Below are positions 1 to 12,233 of a stretch of DNA of 64,000 nucleotides, in pieces. The notes beneath the pieces were generated by a model. The model was given only the letters and a program-made list of their open reading frames with translations, made no database searches and had not been told where the DNA came from. Made by a program: the position numbers and the translations under genes. The DNA lies in NCBI GenBank assembly GCA_031835245.2, contig JAVKOQ020000037.1, forward strand, positions 186,001-250,000. Direction: 5' to 3'. Numbering within the stretch: the stretch's first letter is position 1; each line of letters opens with the position of its first letter. The DNA comes from Balamuthia mandrillaris (Eukaryota).

Positions 1-78
1 TCTCCGGGCCAGCTTCAGCGCCATCTCCAGACCTTCCTCGGCATAGGCTGAGCCATCGACTGCCACCAAATACTTCAT
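1..78 (-). CDS. Universal stress protein (USP) family, 5' end only; runs off the window start
   Basis: ATG at 78 reads MKYLVAVDGSAYAEEGLEMALKLAR, matching the USP N-terminal 'hLVAVDGS..s..Al..A' motif. Confidence 0.8.
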   Translation of the reverse strand, partial: MKYLVAVDGSAYAEEGLEMALKLARR

Positions 79-371
79 CTCTTTTTTTTTGTTTGGGTGT
101 GTTATTCGTGTCGTCCCGATATCAAGGGCACAATTCCCATGACGACACGACTTATCTTCTCCTTCTCTCGCTTTGTTTTCTTGGTACATTGGCCACAAGA
201 AGGTGAAGAAGAAGAAGGTCGAGCAGAAGAAGAAGAAGAACCACTGTTTTAACAAACGTGAAGAGGTGTTTGTTTTAAATAAGTGGAATAAATAAGCAGG
301 ATGAATAAATAAATCAATAAATAAAGAAGGACAATGGTGAATGCAGATGGCAGAGAGCGGGGGGCGATCGC

Positions 372-2495
372 TTATGGGGAGAAGGCGTCTTGAAAGAAGG
401 CATCCTCCGTGGAGAGCGAGTTACCGCGGCTTGTTCTGGCAGTGGATGTGCTGGATGAGTCCGAGGAGGAGGAAAGAGAAGAAGAAGAAGACGGCATTAC
501 AGCACTCTCCGAAGAGTTTCTCTTGCGGAGCAAATGGATCTCTCTACGCAACGTGGCACGGTGCTCCTCGTTCGTGATGCCCACTTCCAAAAGGTCTTTG
601 TTGGTGACGTACAGCAGGACGTCTCCCTTGAGGTCCTCCACACAAAAGAGGCTGTAATACTCCTCAAAGAGTTCCATTCGTGCCAACCATGTTGCCATCT
701 CTAGTTTATTCCATTTGCTCACAGCTGAGAAAAGAGATGTTACTGCTACAGGAACCAGAAATATAAAAGAACAAACAAGCTAGAAGCCGAAGGTACGTTT
801 GGAGAGAAAGTCCCGCGAAGCCATAGGTAGATGCATTTGTTGGAGGTGTCGAAGAAGCCGTTTGCGATGTCCCAGAGGGATTATGCCGGTGTCCAGAAGC
901 GTCTCCATTGTTTGCGCGCACAGCCGAGGCCCGGAGATACCATGCATGAGAAAGAGCTCTTTGTACTGACCTAGTTCCTCGATGCACGAAAGCCATTCGC
1001 AGGTTTCCTGCAATGTCCATTCATTTGGAGCTTTGTTGTTGGTTGTTTTGTGTTAAAAGAAGAGATAAAGCAACAGGGAACCAAAAGATAATGGTGAATG
1101 TACGTTTATCGATCCAGGAGGGAGGACGCGAGGCAGAATCCAGTGCACAGGTTCGCAAGAGTTCAATCTGATGCAAGACTTCCTTTCGGTCGCCGAGGCT
1201 GTGGATGCCCATTTCTTTAAGCTTGTTTCGGTCGTTCAGTTGCAGGAGCTTGTTGCCATCGACATGATGTTTCTTGAACTTGGGCCAGTAGTCCTCTTTC
1301 TTGATGCTTATCAACCATTGATGCACTTGTGTAACGCTCCACTCTAAAGTTTAAGAGAAGAGGAATCAGGTGGAAATGAAAGAGGAAGAACTTGAGATGA
1401 ACAAAACAAGAAGAAGGGAACGACGCAAGCTTACCAGAAGGCGAGTCTGCAAGAGAAGGAGAGCTTAACGATCGAACCCTATTTGGAGTGATATAACGGC
1501 GTAATAACCCGGCAGCGGACCGTGGAGATATTGAAGTCGATGATGATGGAGACCTCCCGTCCTTTTCTTCTTCTTTTGTTACATCAGCATCCTCTTCCTT
1601 CTGCGTTTGTTGTGGAAGCTGTCTTTCTGCATCCAAAAAGGGAGCAACGTCGGCCAGCCTTTCAACAACCCGCAGAAGAAGATCCCCGAAAATGCTGTTC
1701 ATGTCTTCCAACTTTTTTATGTGCAACCGCAGATGTTGATAGATCCGAAGCAACTGTTGGTCATTGGCTTGAACAGAGGAAGGAGAGGGAGAGAAAGATG
1801 AAGAAGCTGAGGAAGAGGTGAGCAAAGTTGTCAATGGAAGGGCATTAGCGATTTTCCGTTTCACCTTGCTGGAGGAAGAAGATAAATGAGGAGGGGAATG
1901 TTGGTGCGTCGGAGGGGTAGAAGCACGACTGGAGAGAGAGCCGTGAGAGGATGCTTTGGTGGGTTTGTTAAGTACTCTGTTTCTTTTTTTGTGATACTGT
2001 TGTTGTTTTATGTCTACAGCAACGGTCTTTGTTTTATCGTGCTTCGGTTCAGAAGAGGAATGAGAACTTGAAGACGAAGCAGAAGACGAAGAAGAAGACG
2101 AAGATGATGAAGAAGAATCATATGTAGCTGCACAAGTAATCAATGGAGCCGTATGGCTTCGATAAAAACTCGACTTGGGTGATGAAGTGGAGAAAGCCTT
2201 GAAAAAGTCGGAAACGATCTCCCCAGACGGTATCATGAAGTCGTCTGTCATGAAATGTAAATGTGAATCTGGAGGAAAGGAAATGACCTCGTTAACTAGT
2301 CTTTGGAGGATCTTTGCAACCGTAACTAACACTTGCTTCTTCTTTAGCAGCTCTCCTTTGCTTCGGTAGAGATCTGTGTGTTTCATTCAAACAAGAACAA
2401 CCAACAGAACGTCAAGAATAACAAGAATGGATGGAATAAGCACAACGAACGAGAACAGACCACCAAAAGAGAGAGCGAGAGAGAGAGAGCGAGAG

Positions 2496-2540
<45 letters not shown>

Positions 2541-3644
2541 CTGGTAAAGCTGAAAAGAACTTACCTGAACGAATGGACGCATCGGAGACGATGGCGGGAC
2601 AATAGAAGCGGAGGAACAGGATGCTGCCCAGAATTTTGTTTCCACTCCCTGGGAATCTTTTCTCCGCTTCGTTGAATGCATGCCGACACAGTTCTCTCAC
2701 CTCTCTGAATATTTAGGTTGGTGTTTAAAAGTTGTTGTTGTTGTAGGAAAGTGTCAACGAAACAAAAAACAAATTAGGCAGAACAAAAAAAAGGAAGTAA
2801 TGTTTACACAGGAAACAGCCACCGCGAAGAAATGATGGACGTCAAAAAGCTCTGACAAAGCGACACCAGGTTTTTCCGGTTCGCCACAAGCTCCTCCGCA
2901 GAAGAAACGTTGTCGGGGTTCACCTCAAAGTCGGCGGCCGGTCTCTCCACCGATGAGAGAAAGTCGCCAACCAGAGAACGAAGCGAAACCAGGCAAGGCT
3001 CCCCTTCTTTGCGGATATACTCGCTCAACCAGGTGCACGTGCAAGATGTGTCTCTCCACAAAAGTTCTTCTTGTTCTGTTTGCCAGAAGAGCATAGAGAA
3101 CAAACAAGTGAATGAATGATCTATTCAGAGATCAACGAGAAATAATTATAAAATATGGTCCAAAAATGGAAATAATTAAAATGATATCCATATTAGGATA
3201 TTTAATTGATTTTTTTACTTTAAATGGAAAGTAAATCTGATTTGGCGACTTGGAAAAATTTTTTCCTTCTTTCCGGTCTTCATGGTAGGAAGACTGAAAA
3301 GAAAGATAGAAAGGAAGGAAGGAAGGAAAAGGGGTTTTGTGGAAGAACGTACCGGTGTGGCTTATGCAGTGCGTCAGAGAGCGCTTCAACATGTCTATCT
3401 GAAGGTCGCCTCGTTGGTGGGCTTGATAGAGGTCCATCAGAGCGAGTCCCACCTCGGAGAGGGCTCCCGTTTCCAACCCTTTCTCCGAGGAAGACGAAGA
3501 AGAAGAAGATGAGTCTCTTCGGCAGTCTTTGATCAGCTCGACCACATCGAACTTTTCCAACAGGAACCTTTCGAAGCGTCCTAAACTATCCTGCCTGCTC
3601 TTGCTGGTTACATCTTTCTTCTTCTCATCTCTTGGAGAGGCCAT
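372..3644 (-). CDS. RasGAP-domain protein with three C-terminal SAM domains (multi-exon)
   Basis: Arginine-finger-like LLWRDTS, FEVNPD..N..NL, ILFLRFYCPAI and VAKILQRLVN RasGAP motifs. Three SAM-like units (W..W.L..I/M.L..Y...F....I.G..LL......L...GI...GHR-type) in ORFs 1021-1326, 780-1013 and 372-722. GT-AG introns. Confidence 0.85.
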
Positions 3645-3850
3645 CACTTTGTTTTAACTCTCTCTTCCTTCCTCCCCCCTCCTCCTCCTCCTCTCCTCTC
3701 GTTTGTTTGTTGAGACCAAAAAAAAACTAGTTCAAGAGCGGTAAAGAACAAAAATGAGGTCTTTTCTCAAGTCGCAATTGTAGAATGGGCCAATCACAAA
3801 ATTGGTTGTAAGTTCCTATTTTAGAAATACTTGCCCAGAAAAGTAAACTT

Positions 3851-4031
3851 GAATGAGTCGGTAGCCCAACTAGTACTGTAGCGCACGTCTACAGGCTTGC
3901 TTTCATCCTTTGCCGACCTTCATTTGCGTCGTTTGCAGTTCACGGAGAACTGAAACGGCGCGCAAAATAGCGACGGAGAATCTTGAGAGATCTTCCCTTG
4001 TTTCCCTCTAAAGTCGTTGACTTTTTTTTTT
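3851..4031 (+). ncRNA. Candidate unassigned structured RNA (three stem-loop domains, oligo-T end)
   Basis: Stems AATGA-GTCGGTA/TGCCGAC-TCATT (3852-3924) with inner CTGTAG/CTACAG; GCGTCGTTT-CAGTTC/GAACTG-AAACGGCGC (3926-3961); TAGCGAC/GTCGTTG (3968-4019). G-U pairs favour the + strand. A-box-like TAGCCCAACTAG at 3862-3873 and T10 at 4022-4031. Confidence 0.5.
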
Positions 4032-4060
4032 GAATTCGAGATGGTTTTATGTGAGTTTGT

Positions 4061-7000
4061 TTATGTGGTGAGCTGGTCGTCATGCGATGTTGTTACAACG
4101 AGTTGCATATGGTCCTCATCTACAACATTATTACTCTCCTCCACAACCTCATCTGCTTCTTCTTCTCCATTCTGATGAGCTTCCTCTTCCTCTTCCTCTT
4201 CCTCTTCTGCTTCCTCCTCCTCTTCAAGTTGTTGTTGATGAGGATGTAGCACTTGTTCTTCTATTGGTTGTTCGTGCTGATGAAGTGTATGCTCTTGTTG
4301 CTGGGGGTGTTCTTGTGGTTGGTGTTGATGATGGTGCGCTTCTTCATTCATAGTAAATTGATGATGAAGCTCTGCTTGTCCTTGTTCTTCTTCTTCCTCC
4401 TCCTCCTCCTCTTCCTCAGTTTGGTGGTCATGTTGCTGCTCGTGTTCATGTTGATGGAGGAGATGATGATGAAGTTCGTGTCCTTCCCCTTCGTCGTTTT
4501 GATGCACATGATGAAGGTGATGATCGTCGTGCATCTGCACGTGTTGCATGTCTTCTTCGCCTTCAGTCTGATGTCCGTGAAGGTGATGATGGTGATGAAG
4601 GTCGTGATGTTGTTGCTCCCCTTCCTCCACATGAAGTCCTTCTTTGGTTCCTCCTTGTTGATGTTGTCCCTCATGCTCTTCTTGGTGTTGGTCTTCTTCG
4701 TGGTGATGAAGATGATGATGGAGATCGTGATGATGTTCTTCCAATCCGACATCCACTTCGACTCCATGATGATGCTGCTGATGGTGATGTTGGTCGTCAT
4801 CGTGTTGATGAAAGTCGTGCAGCCCGGCCATCTTCGCCAGCGAGGCTTGTAGCTGTGCATCCGCCGAAGCAAATAGCCTATTTGTGTTTAATGTATCAGA
4901 ATAAAATGAAACCGATGACAAAAGAAAAGATAGAAAGAAACAAACCCATCCATAGTGAGACTGAGATTGACTTCAAACTTGAGGTCAGGTTGGGGCTGAG
5001 TGAACTTTTGCATTTTGCAAAACTCGGCAATGCGGGTCCAGTTTGTAGCCAACAGTGCCAACTTCAGCTGATCGCTCCGTCCCGTGTTCGGATCCAACAA
5101 GTCAAACTGCTCCAACAAATGAATCTCATACAACAATCCATCCTCCTTATGATGATGAGAACTTGCCTCTTGCCCTCCTCCTGCTCTTAACTTGGCCAAC
5201 TTGGCAGCAGAGTACTCTACCACCCACAATTCCAAGAAGGTACCATTGACCACCAAAGCGGGCATGCAAAAGGCGTTCTGCTGCTCCACACGAAGTGCAG
5301 TCACCACGTCCTCCGGCAACTGCTCCACGTGCATGCCTTGCGTGTGTTGCACCAGCCATTGCAGGCGGAGCTCTAGCAAAGCGGCGGCGCTCATCAGAGC
5401 AGAGGCCAGCGTTTGCTCCACAGCGAGGGCGCGTTCCTCCTCAGAGGCGATCCTCTCTCGCTCAGCTGCAGCTGCGGCGGCAGCGGCTGCGGCTGCAGCC
5501 ACAAATTGCCTCTCTTCCTCTTGTGCTGCCGTTTCTGCTTCATGATCATCATGTTTCTCTTCCTTTATGCTTTCTCCTCCTTCCACGTTGGTAGTTGCTC
5601 CTTCTGTTTCTTCGTTCATGCTTTCTCCCTCAGCAGTTTCAGTTACTTCTGCAGTTGTTACCTCCGCAGCAGCCGACGAGGAAGCAGCAATAGAAGCTGA
5701 AGAGGCAGCCACATTATCATGATGGTGATGATGGAGCGGCTCTTCTTGCACATGTGCATGTACGTGTTCTGCTTTCAAGGAACTCTCTCCAAAGGCGATC
5801 ATGGCGTAGGGCATCTTCACAAAGAAGCCTCCAAATGTGGCAAGTCCTCCTACATTGCTTCCTCCCCCTTCATCTGCAGATGTCGGCGCACCCGATGAAG
5901 AAGAACTTGACGGGGCACTGACTCCACCAACACCGCTGGCCCCACTCCCAGCTCCAGTCGCAGTAACAGCTGACGAGGGGGCAGTCGAATGAAGTGAGGA
6001 AGGATCAGCGTGATTGAGAGGAGGGAGGATGACAGCAGGGGAGAAGCCGCAAAGTCGATCGATGGACATGTAGGCATCCTTTGGCATTTGGTCCAAGTTC
6101 AACTTTTGGATTTGGAATATGGCATATGGCGTTATTTGCTCGAGCTTTATTTGATCCCTTCATCATGGTTAAAGGCGTTTGTTAGAATAAGGGAACGTGG
6201 CACAAAGGATGAAATTGAGAAGAATAATTTCAAAGACTTAATATGAAAATAGAAAAATAAAAAGAAAATAGGACTTACTCTAAAGCTATGATGCCCTCTT
6301 CAGGTTGTATCATGGGCTCAGTTAGCCATTGGGTGTACAATCCCATCCAAGCGTTCTTCATCGAGGATGTGGACCTGATGGAAGACAGCTCCACCGCTCT
6401 TCTCTCCATGTGCAGCACTTGCGTCCAGAAAGCAAAGCTCGGCGATGTGGCCCCTGCAGAGAACCATTCCTCCTCTTGGTGTTCATACTATTGAAACAAA
6501 GAAAACAAAAGATGAATAAATACATCTCAAAAGACGGGAAAGCCGAAAGAGAAACAAAACAAAGACGAACCAGTGGCCATACATCAGTCTTGTCAAACAT
6601 AGCGGCCTATTTAATGAGAGGGAGGGAGAGAAAAAATGAGATAACTTCCTTCATTGGAATAACAACAGAAGCAAAGAAGAAAGAGATACCAATGACTTTC
6701 GCAACTGATTGGGGATTTTCCAGTCGGGGTGAGGTCTCAGGCGATCCAAAGACAACAACTCCCGTATTTTCTGCGCATTAAGGCTGGTCGGCTCATTTCC
6801 AAGAGTTTGTCTGCAGGTAAGAATTCTCTCCCGTATTTCATCGACTGGTTGAGAAAACAAAGTAAAAAACAAACAAAGCGGTCAAGAGTTGGCTTTTGTA
6901 TACAAATAGCTAAAGGGGGAGAGATCGTACTGTCTGAAGGTAATAAAGTGCGTAAAGCGGCTGTGGCTTGGATATGTCTGAGAACGCGCATTTGAAAAGC

Positions 7001-9004
7001 ATGAAGGATAAGTAAAGCTAAACATTGTGCAACTTACATTCAAGAAAAAAAAAAACAGAATGAAGATTTGCTCAAATAGAACGTACAGTTCTTCGGCTTC
7101 TTTGAACAGGGCGGCGTAGTGATTGCTTACTGCTCTTTGTCCGGCTGATACTTTCTGCGGAAATAGAGCTTCTTCCATCTGCCAAAAAAGGTGAGGAGAG
7201 AAGAAAAACAAAAAAGGAAAGGAAAGGAAAGGAAAGGAAAGGAAAGATAAACATACTCTTGGTTTCTTCGGAGAAGAACCTCCGTAGAGCAAATCGGTTC
7301 TAGCAAATAGGTTCGTATCGATGGGCGTGCGTTTGGAGGAATAGGAGGCGCTTTGAGTTTGATTATGTCTGCGTGATGGCGATTGGGGCGTTTGTTGTTG
7401 GCTGGTTGTCGATGTTTGAGATTGTGGATAAACAGATGGAGATATTGTGGCAGAGGAGGTATTGGGAAGAGAGGAAGAGGCGTAAAGGTTCTGTCTGGTA
7501 TTGTTGTTAAGTTGGAGAGTGCCACCGCTGCTGAGAAGGCTTTGCATGAGGGCTGCGGTGGTTCCAGGAGGGAATGCTGCTGTTTGTTGGGAAATGCCAC
7601 TAAACGGATTGCTCAGTGGAGTTCCCGCAGGCGGAGAGAGAAGACCCAGGTTATTGTTATTGTTAGTTGCGACGTGTTGTCGTTTGAGAGGGGAAGAAGG
7701 TTGTTGTGTTGCGTTTGCTGTTGTGTTTGTTGCTGTGGGTGTAAGTGAAGGTTGTGTGGTGGCTGTGGCAGCGGATGGAGTGGGCGTGTTCGTGGCTGTT
7801 GTAGATGAGGCTGTTGTCGTGGATGTGGCACTCTGTTGTTGCAACATCGTTGATGTTGTGTTGTTGGTTGGTGTTCGTTGTTGTTGGGCAGCGAAAAATG
7901 TTCCAGCAGTGGGATTCACATAAGCAGCTGCCGCCGCCGCCAAGCTTGCAGCATCCAACGCTTTCCAAGTTGCTGCAGTAGTTTGCAATTGCTGCTGTTG
8001 CAAGGAAGTGGTGTTGTTAGAAGCAGCTGCTGTTGCTGCGGTGCTGGCGAGCAGCTCTTCCCAATTGCGAGGCAACATGGCAGCAGCCACTTGTTGTGCA
8101 TTGCTGCTGAGCATCGTTTGTTGGTGTGGAAGTTGCGTCGTTGAGTGATGGAGTTGAGCCGAAGAAGAGGAGGTAGACGGAGAGGTAACCGTAGTAGAGG
8201 TTGAGGAGGAGATTTGGTTGTGTTTTCGTTTGCGAGAGGATGTTCGTTTTTTTCGTGGTATGTCTGTACAACAGTCTTCCAGGCCGTTGCGCACGCACTT
8301 GTGGCAGGGCCGTTGATTATCGCACCCTGTCTTTCGTTTCCTACAATTTGTGCACGCGCTCTTGACTTGTTTTCTTTTAGGTCGCGTCTTGGCTTTGCGC
8401 GAGTTGTTGGGAGAGCCGCCGCCTCCTCCCACTCCTACTCCAACGCTGCCGCCATGAACAACAGCATCTGTTATGCCTTGCAAAGCGTGTGTGGCCGAAG
8501 CTGAACGCTGAGTAATGGAAGAGGGGTCAATGGCTCCTCCACCCGCCCCACCAGTAGCAGCTGCAGCAGCTGCGGCCACTTCCAGAGAGGGATACAAAAG
8601 AGATGTTAGAGAGGCCATGCTCGCTGCTGCCATCGCGTTGTTTGTGGCTTGGGTAGCAGCATTGCGTTGCGGGGATGATTGTTGTGGCAACATTTGGGGA
8701 TGATTGCTGCGAGCCACCATTCCGTTGCTTGCTCCTTGGCCCACCATAAATGAGGTACTGAAACGAGAGAGAGAGAGAGAGAAGTGAGCAAAAAGTTCAA
8801 TAGTATTTTTAATAAAACTACGCACCCCGCTTGCTGAAGACTCTGCACAGTGGAAGCATTGTGTGTGCGTTGCAGAGTAGGTGAGAACCCGGTGGTGGGA
8901 TAGTTTCGAATTCCTCCTGCTCCTAGCTGCAACAGCTGAGCGGAAAGCTGTGGATTTGTGAGCTGTCCTGCCTGGACACAGGCAAGCATCTGCGAAACGC
9001 GAAA

Positions 9005-9047
<43 letters not shown>

Positions 9048-9327
9048 GCAATGAGAACAAGACATGATAGCTGAAAGAGAAAGCATATAAAAATAGAAGT
9101 ACCTGTTGTGTGAGAAGCTGTGCTCTCTGTAGCTCAGCAGGGTCAACGACGGTGGTTTTGTCCACCTTGTCCTGACCCTTGTCCTCACTCCCATTATTGG
9201 TTGCATATCCGGAGGAAGAGGCCATCACGGAGGGCACCAGCTGGAGGAGGTACTCCACAGACACAGGGATCTGGGAGTAATTGGGAAACTTGAAGGGGTC
9301 GCTCGGGTCCAACTGATTGTTTTGCAT
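4061..9327 (-). CDS. Zn(II)2Cys6 (Gal4-type) binuclear cluster transcription factor with His/Glu/Gln-rich C-terminal tail (multi-exon)
   Basis: SACTNCRKRKTGCDNQRPCHKCVRNGLEDCC at about 8270-8360. The GT-AG joins checked by eye are consistent with one gene from MQNNQLDP (9327) through ORF 4888-6102 to the His-rich last exon ending at 4061. Confidence 0.8.
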
Positions 9328-9640
9328 GGCGAAAAGAAGCGGTTGTTTGGTTGATGGGCGAAGACGGGCGAAAAGGGAAAAGCAAAGAGGAAAGAGACAG
9401 AAACGAAAACGGTCACTTCGTTTGCTCGTGACAGAAGAAACTGGAACAACAAAAAAAAGCAAGAAAGAAAAACAGTAAGTTCGTGTGTACAAACAAATGG
9501 GAGCAAGGGAGCATTCTTTGAATGCGGGAAGAGGAGAAAGCGGTGGAGAGAAGCGTGCACAGAAATGGGAAAACAGAGAAAGAAAGAAAACAGCGAGAAA
9601 ATAACACCCTCTGTGACGAGAAGCGTCACAGAATGAAGAG

Positions 9641-9682
<42 letters not shown>

Positions 9683-10423
9683 GGGAGAGAAGGATTACCT
9701 TGACGTTGAGCCTGAAAAATGCAACTATTAATAAAGTTGCAAATGGCCCAACAAAAACACTGCGTTGCGTGGTGTGGAGGCTTTTTTTTTGTGTGCCGCA
9801 CCAAACGGATGGAGCTCACCTCCCCCCTGGTGAGAGCTGTTTGTTTGCCAAAGGCCGAACAAACATGTCGGTCAGACGATCAAGAAGCAAGAACGGAGAC
9901 ACCACAGAGAGGAAACTATGAAAAAAAAATAGCAAAAAAAAAAGAATCATACGTTCAAACGGCAAAAAAAGTGGATTGGGTCCACTCAATCCGGAGGGAT
10001 CCAATCTCACTTTTTCTTTTTTTTTTCCCCTCACAAGATTTCGATTCGTTACCGAAACGGTTTTTTTTTTGGCGCGCTTTTTTCTTTGCTGTGGAATGGA
10101 AATCCTTTTCTTTGGTAAACGGAGTCTCCCACTTCCCCCCCACGGAGTCTTCCTCTGCTGCGGAGTCTTGCTCTTCTGACTCCGCTTTTTTTTTCCGTTT
10201 TTTGCTGTCTGCTGTTTGTGTGTGTTTTCCCCCTTTTTTATTATTATTATTTATGGCAAAGACAAACTTTATTTTTTTTGGCCGGAAGAAAAATAAAGGG
10301 GGGGATCGAGCGTAAATTCAAACCACCAATCTGAAATCAAAAAAGCACCTTGCGGATCTGAAATGTCGACAAAATTTAACCGCAGCTTTTGCCTAAAGAG
10401 CGAGAGAAGATTAAGAGCGAGAG

Positions 10424-10624
10424 GAGAGACGTGAGAGAGAGAGGAGAGAGACGTGAGAGAGAGAGAGAGAGAGCGCGCGAGAGAAGAGAAAGACGCGAGC
10501 GAGCGAGGAGAGAGACGCGAGAGCGAGAGAGAGGGAGAGAGAGGAGAGAGAGCTAGAGAGAGACTCCAGAGAGAGACGCCAGAGAGGAGAGAGAGACGCG
10601 AGAGAGAGAGAGAGAGGGAGACGC

Positions 10625-10659
<35 letters not shown>

Positions 10660-10660
10660 G
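10424..10660. repeat. Degenerate (GA)n microsatellite block, intergenic
   Basis: About 240 bp of GA/GAGC/GAGAC dinucleotide-derived repeat. Confidence 0.9.
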
Positions 10661-10698
10661 AAGATAATGGCACACGTTCTTGTTTTTTTTGTTTTTGT

Positions 10699-11691
10699 TT
10701 AGGGAGCAAAAAGCGAGCGAGAAGCAACAGACGCTCTCGAGCGACTCGCAGCCGAAGTTCGTCCCCCGCTGGACCCAGGCGGCGCCGTCGCGGGCGACTG
10801 CTGTCTCCGTCCCGAGAGGGACAGCAATCGTTGTGGAGGAGGGGTAAAGGAAGAGGAAGCAGCGGAAGGAGGGGCGCCAAAGAGAATGGTAAAGGAGATG
10901 GGTTGGCTGGCAAAGTGAACGTTCTCCGGGTGGGCGTAGTGAAACAAGCGCAGGGCTCCGCGCAGCCGCCTCTCCCCTAGCCGCTTCTGGAGGTCGTAGG
11001 CCGAGCGGCTGTCGTCCAGCACCTTGGTGTCGAGGTAGAGATGCTGAACGGGGTGCATGCGCACACGTATCAACGTTCTGTAGTCGTTGAGCAAAGCAAA
11101 CACACGCCGCTTCTCATTCTCCTTTGACCTCGTTTCTGTTGTGTCCATCTCCATCTCCATCTCCATCTCTGTTTCTGTTGTTGTGGTTGTGCTTGTTGCT
11201 GCTCCTACGTTTTTCCAGGCCTCTCTTTTCTCGGGGCCCTCTTGGAATGGATACAGGTAGTTGAAGAAGAGCATCATGCCCTGCAATTCCTCACCGTCCA
11301 ACTCGCGCTCCAGCTGCTTCTCGGTGCGGAGGTGGGCAAAGGGTTCGCTCTCGTCGAACAGCTTGCAGCCCTGGCGTTGCCGCAGCAGGCTCCGCAACTC
11401 GTTCAGGAGCAACATGCCACGCCTCGGGAACGCCGCCGCGTATCTGTGAAGCAGCTCATCCCCATCCTCATCTTCCGGTTGGTAGTCATCATCCTCATCC
11501 TCGTCCTCTTCTTCCTCTTCGTCGAACAAGTCGGGTTCGCCCAACAACCGATCCCGTTCTTGGCGGAGGGAGATGATGGTGGCCAAGGCCTCTTGCAAGC
11601 TGTTCATCGCCGGGAGACGAAAGAACTCTGTCCGTTGCTGTTGCTGTTGCTGTTGTAGTTGCTGCAGATGACTTTGCCCTGCTGCGCTCAT
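10699..11691 (-). CDS. Hypothetical protein, about 330 aa
   Basis: Uninterrupted ATG-initiated ORF with poly-Q and acidic stretches plus globular-looking segments. TATA-like TTATATAG about 30 nt upstream of the ATG. No family recognised. Confidence 0.65.
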   Translation of the reverse strand: MSAAGQSHLQQLQQQQQQQRTEFFRLPAMNSLQEALATIISLRQERDRLLGEPDLFDEEEEEDEDEDDDYQPEDEDGDELLHRYAAAFPRRGMLLLNELRSLLRQRQGCKLFDESEPFAHLRTEKQLERELDGEELQGMMLFFNYLYPFQEGPEKREAWKNVGAATSTTTTTETEMEMEMEMDTTETRSKENEKRRVFALLNDYRTLIRVRMHPVQHLYLDTKVLDDSRSAYDLQKRLGERRLRGALRLFHYAHPENVHFASQPISFTILFGAPPSAASSSFTPPPQRLLSLSGRRQQSPATAPPGSSGGRTSAASRSRASVASRSLFAP

Positions 11692-11890
11692 GCTTTGTTG
11701 AAGAGACTCAAAGACTGAGCTATATAAGCCCCAAAAAATTTTATCGCCCAGCGAAAACCGTTACCGCCTCTTTGTTGTGTGTGGCCAAGCGGAGTTGACT
11801 CCTCAAAGCTCGCGCAACGAAACGAGACTTTGCTGCAAGTAACAAATGAAAAAGAAGAAATAGGCAAAAAAAAGAGAGAAGCAAAAAAAA

Positions 11891-12165
11891 GGTAGGTCGG
11901 ACACCCACTCGCTCCACCTGGTACCGACCCTTATTGTCAACGAGGTACCAAGGCGTTCATCAAGCTTGGAGTGAAGCTGTCCGTGGCGAGGTCGCAGTCC
12001 AACGCAGCAAGGCGTTGCCGTGACCCCTAGACAGTTCCCAAGCACCATTTCCCGCTCAGGAGCAAGGGGCAGCGCTCATCATCCTCTACCCGAGGAGTTT
12101 GTCTTATGTGGAGAACACAAGACGGTAGACTATACTATAGAATTAGATCCTGAAGAGTACGGTCT
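11891..12165 (-). ncRNA. U3: U3 small nucleolar RNA (box C/D)
   Basis: Minus strand starts AGACCGTACTCTTCAGGATCTAATTCTATAG (GAC, A' and A boxes). C' box GGATGATGA (12076-12084), B box TGAGCGGGAA (12049-12058), C box TTGATGAA (11956-11963), D-like CCGA (11897-11900). Terminal stem GGTAG/CTACC followed by T8. Confidence 0.9.
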
Positions 12166-12225
12166 GAAAGAAACTAGGGTGGAAAAGCCCTATTTGAGGA
12201 TCCAGCCGAGGGGTTCGATTTGGGA

Positions 12226-12233
12226 TTATGGGA
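12226..12233 (-). promoter_or_regulatory. DUSE-like upstream element of U3 (TCCCATAA)
   Basis: Matches the Dictyostelium upstream sequence element (WCCCAYAA) and lies 61-68 nt upstream of the inferred U3 start, the spacing described for Dictyostelium small RNA genes. Confidence 0.7.

Noticed and set aside
3827..3838. ATACTTGCCCAG resembles the U1 5' end and is complementary to a G|GCAAGT (GC) donor
   Set aside because: No U1 stem-loop I GATC loop, no canonical U1A loop and no free Sm site. The word can fold into a TACTT/AAGTA hairpin, so it is not called a variant U1.
4253..4852. Hydrophobic or low-complexity ORFs antisense to real genes or made of microsatellites (also 10269-10980, 45004-45274, 62078-63087)
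   Set aside because: These are shadow frames of low-complexity coding sequence or simple repeats.
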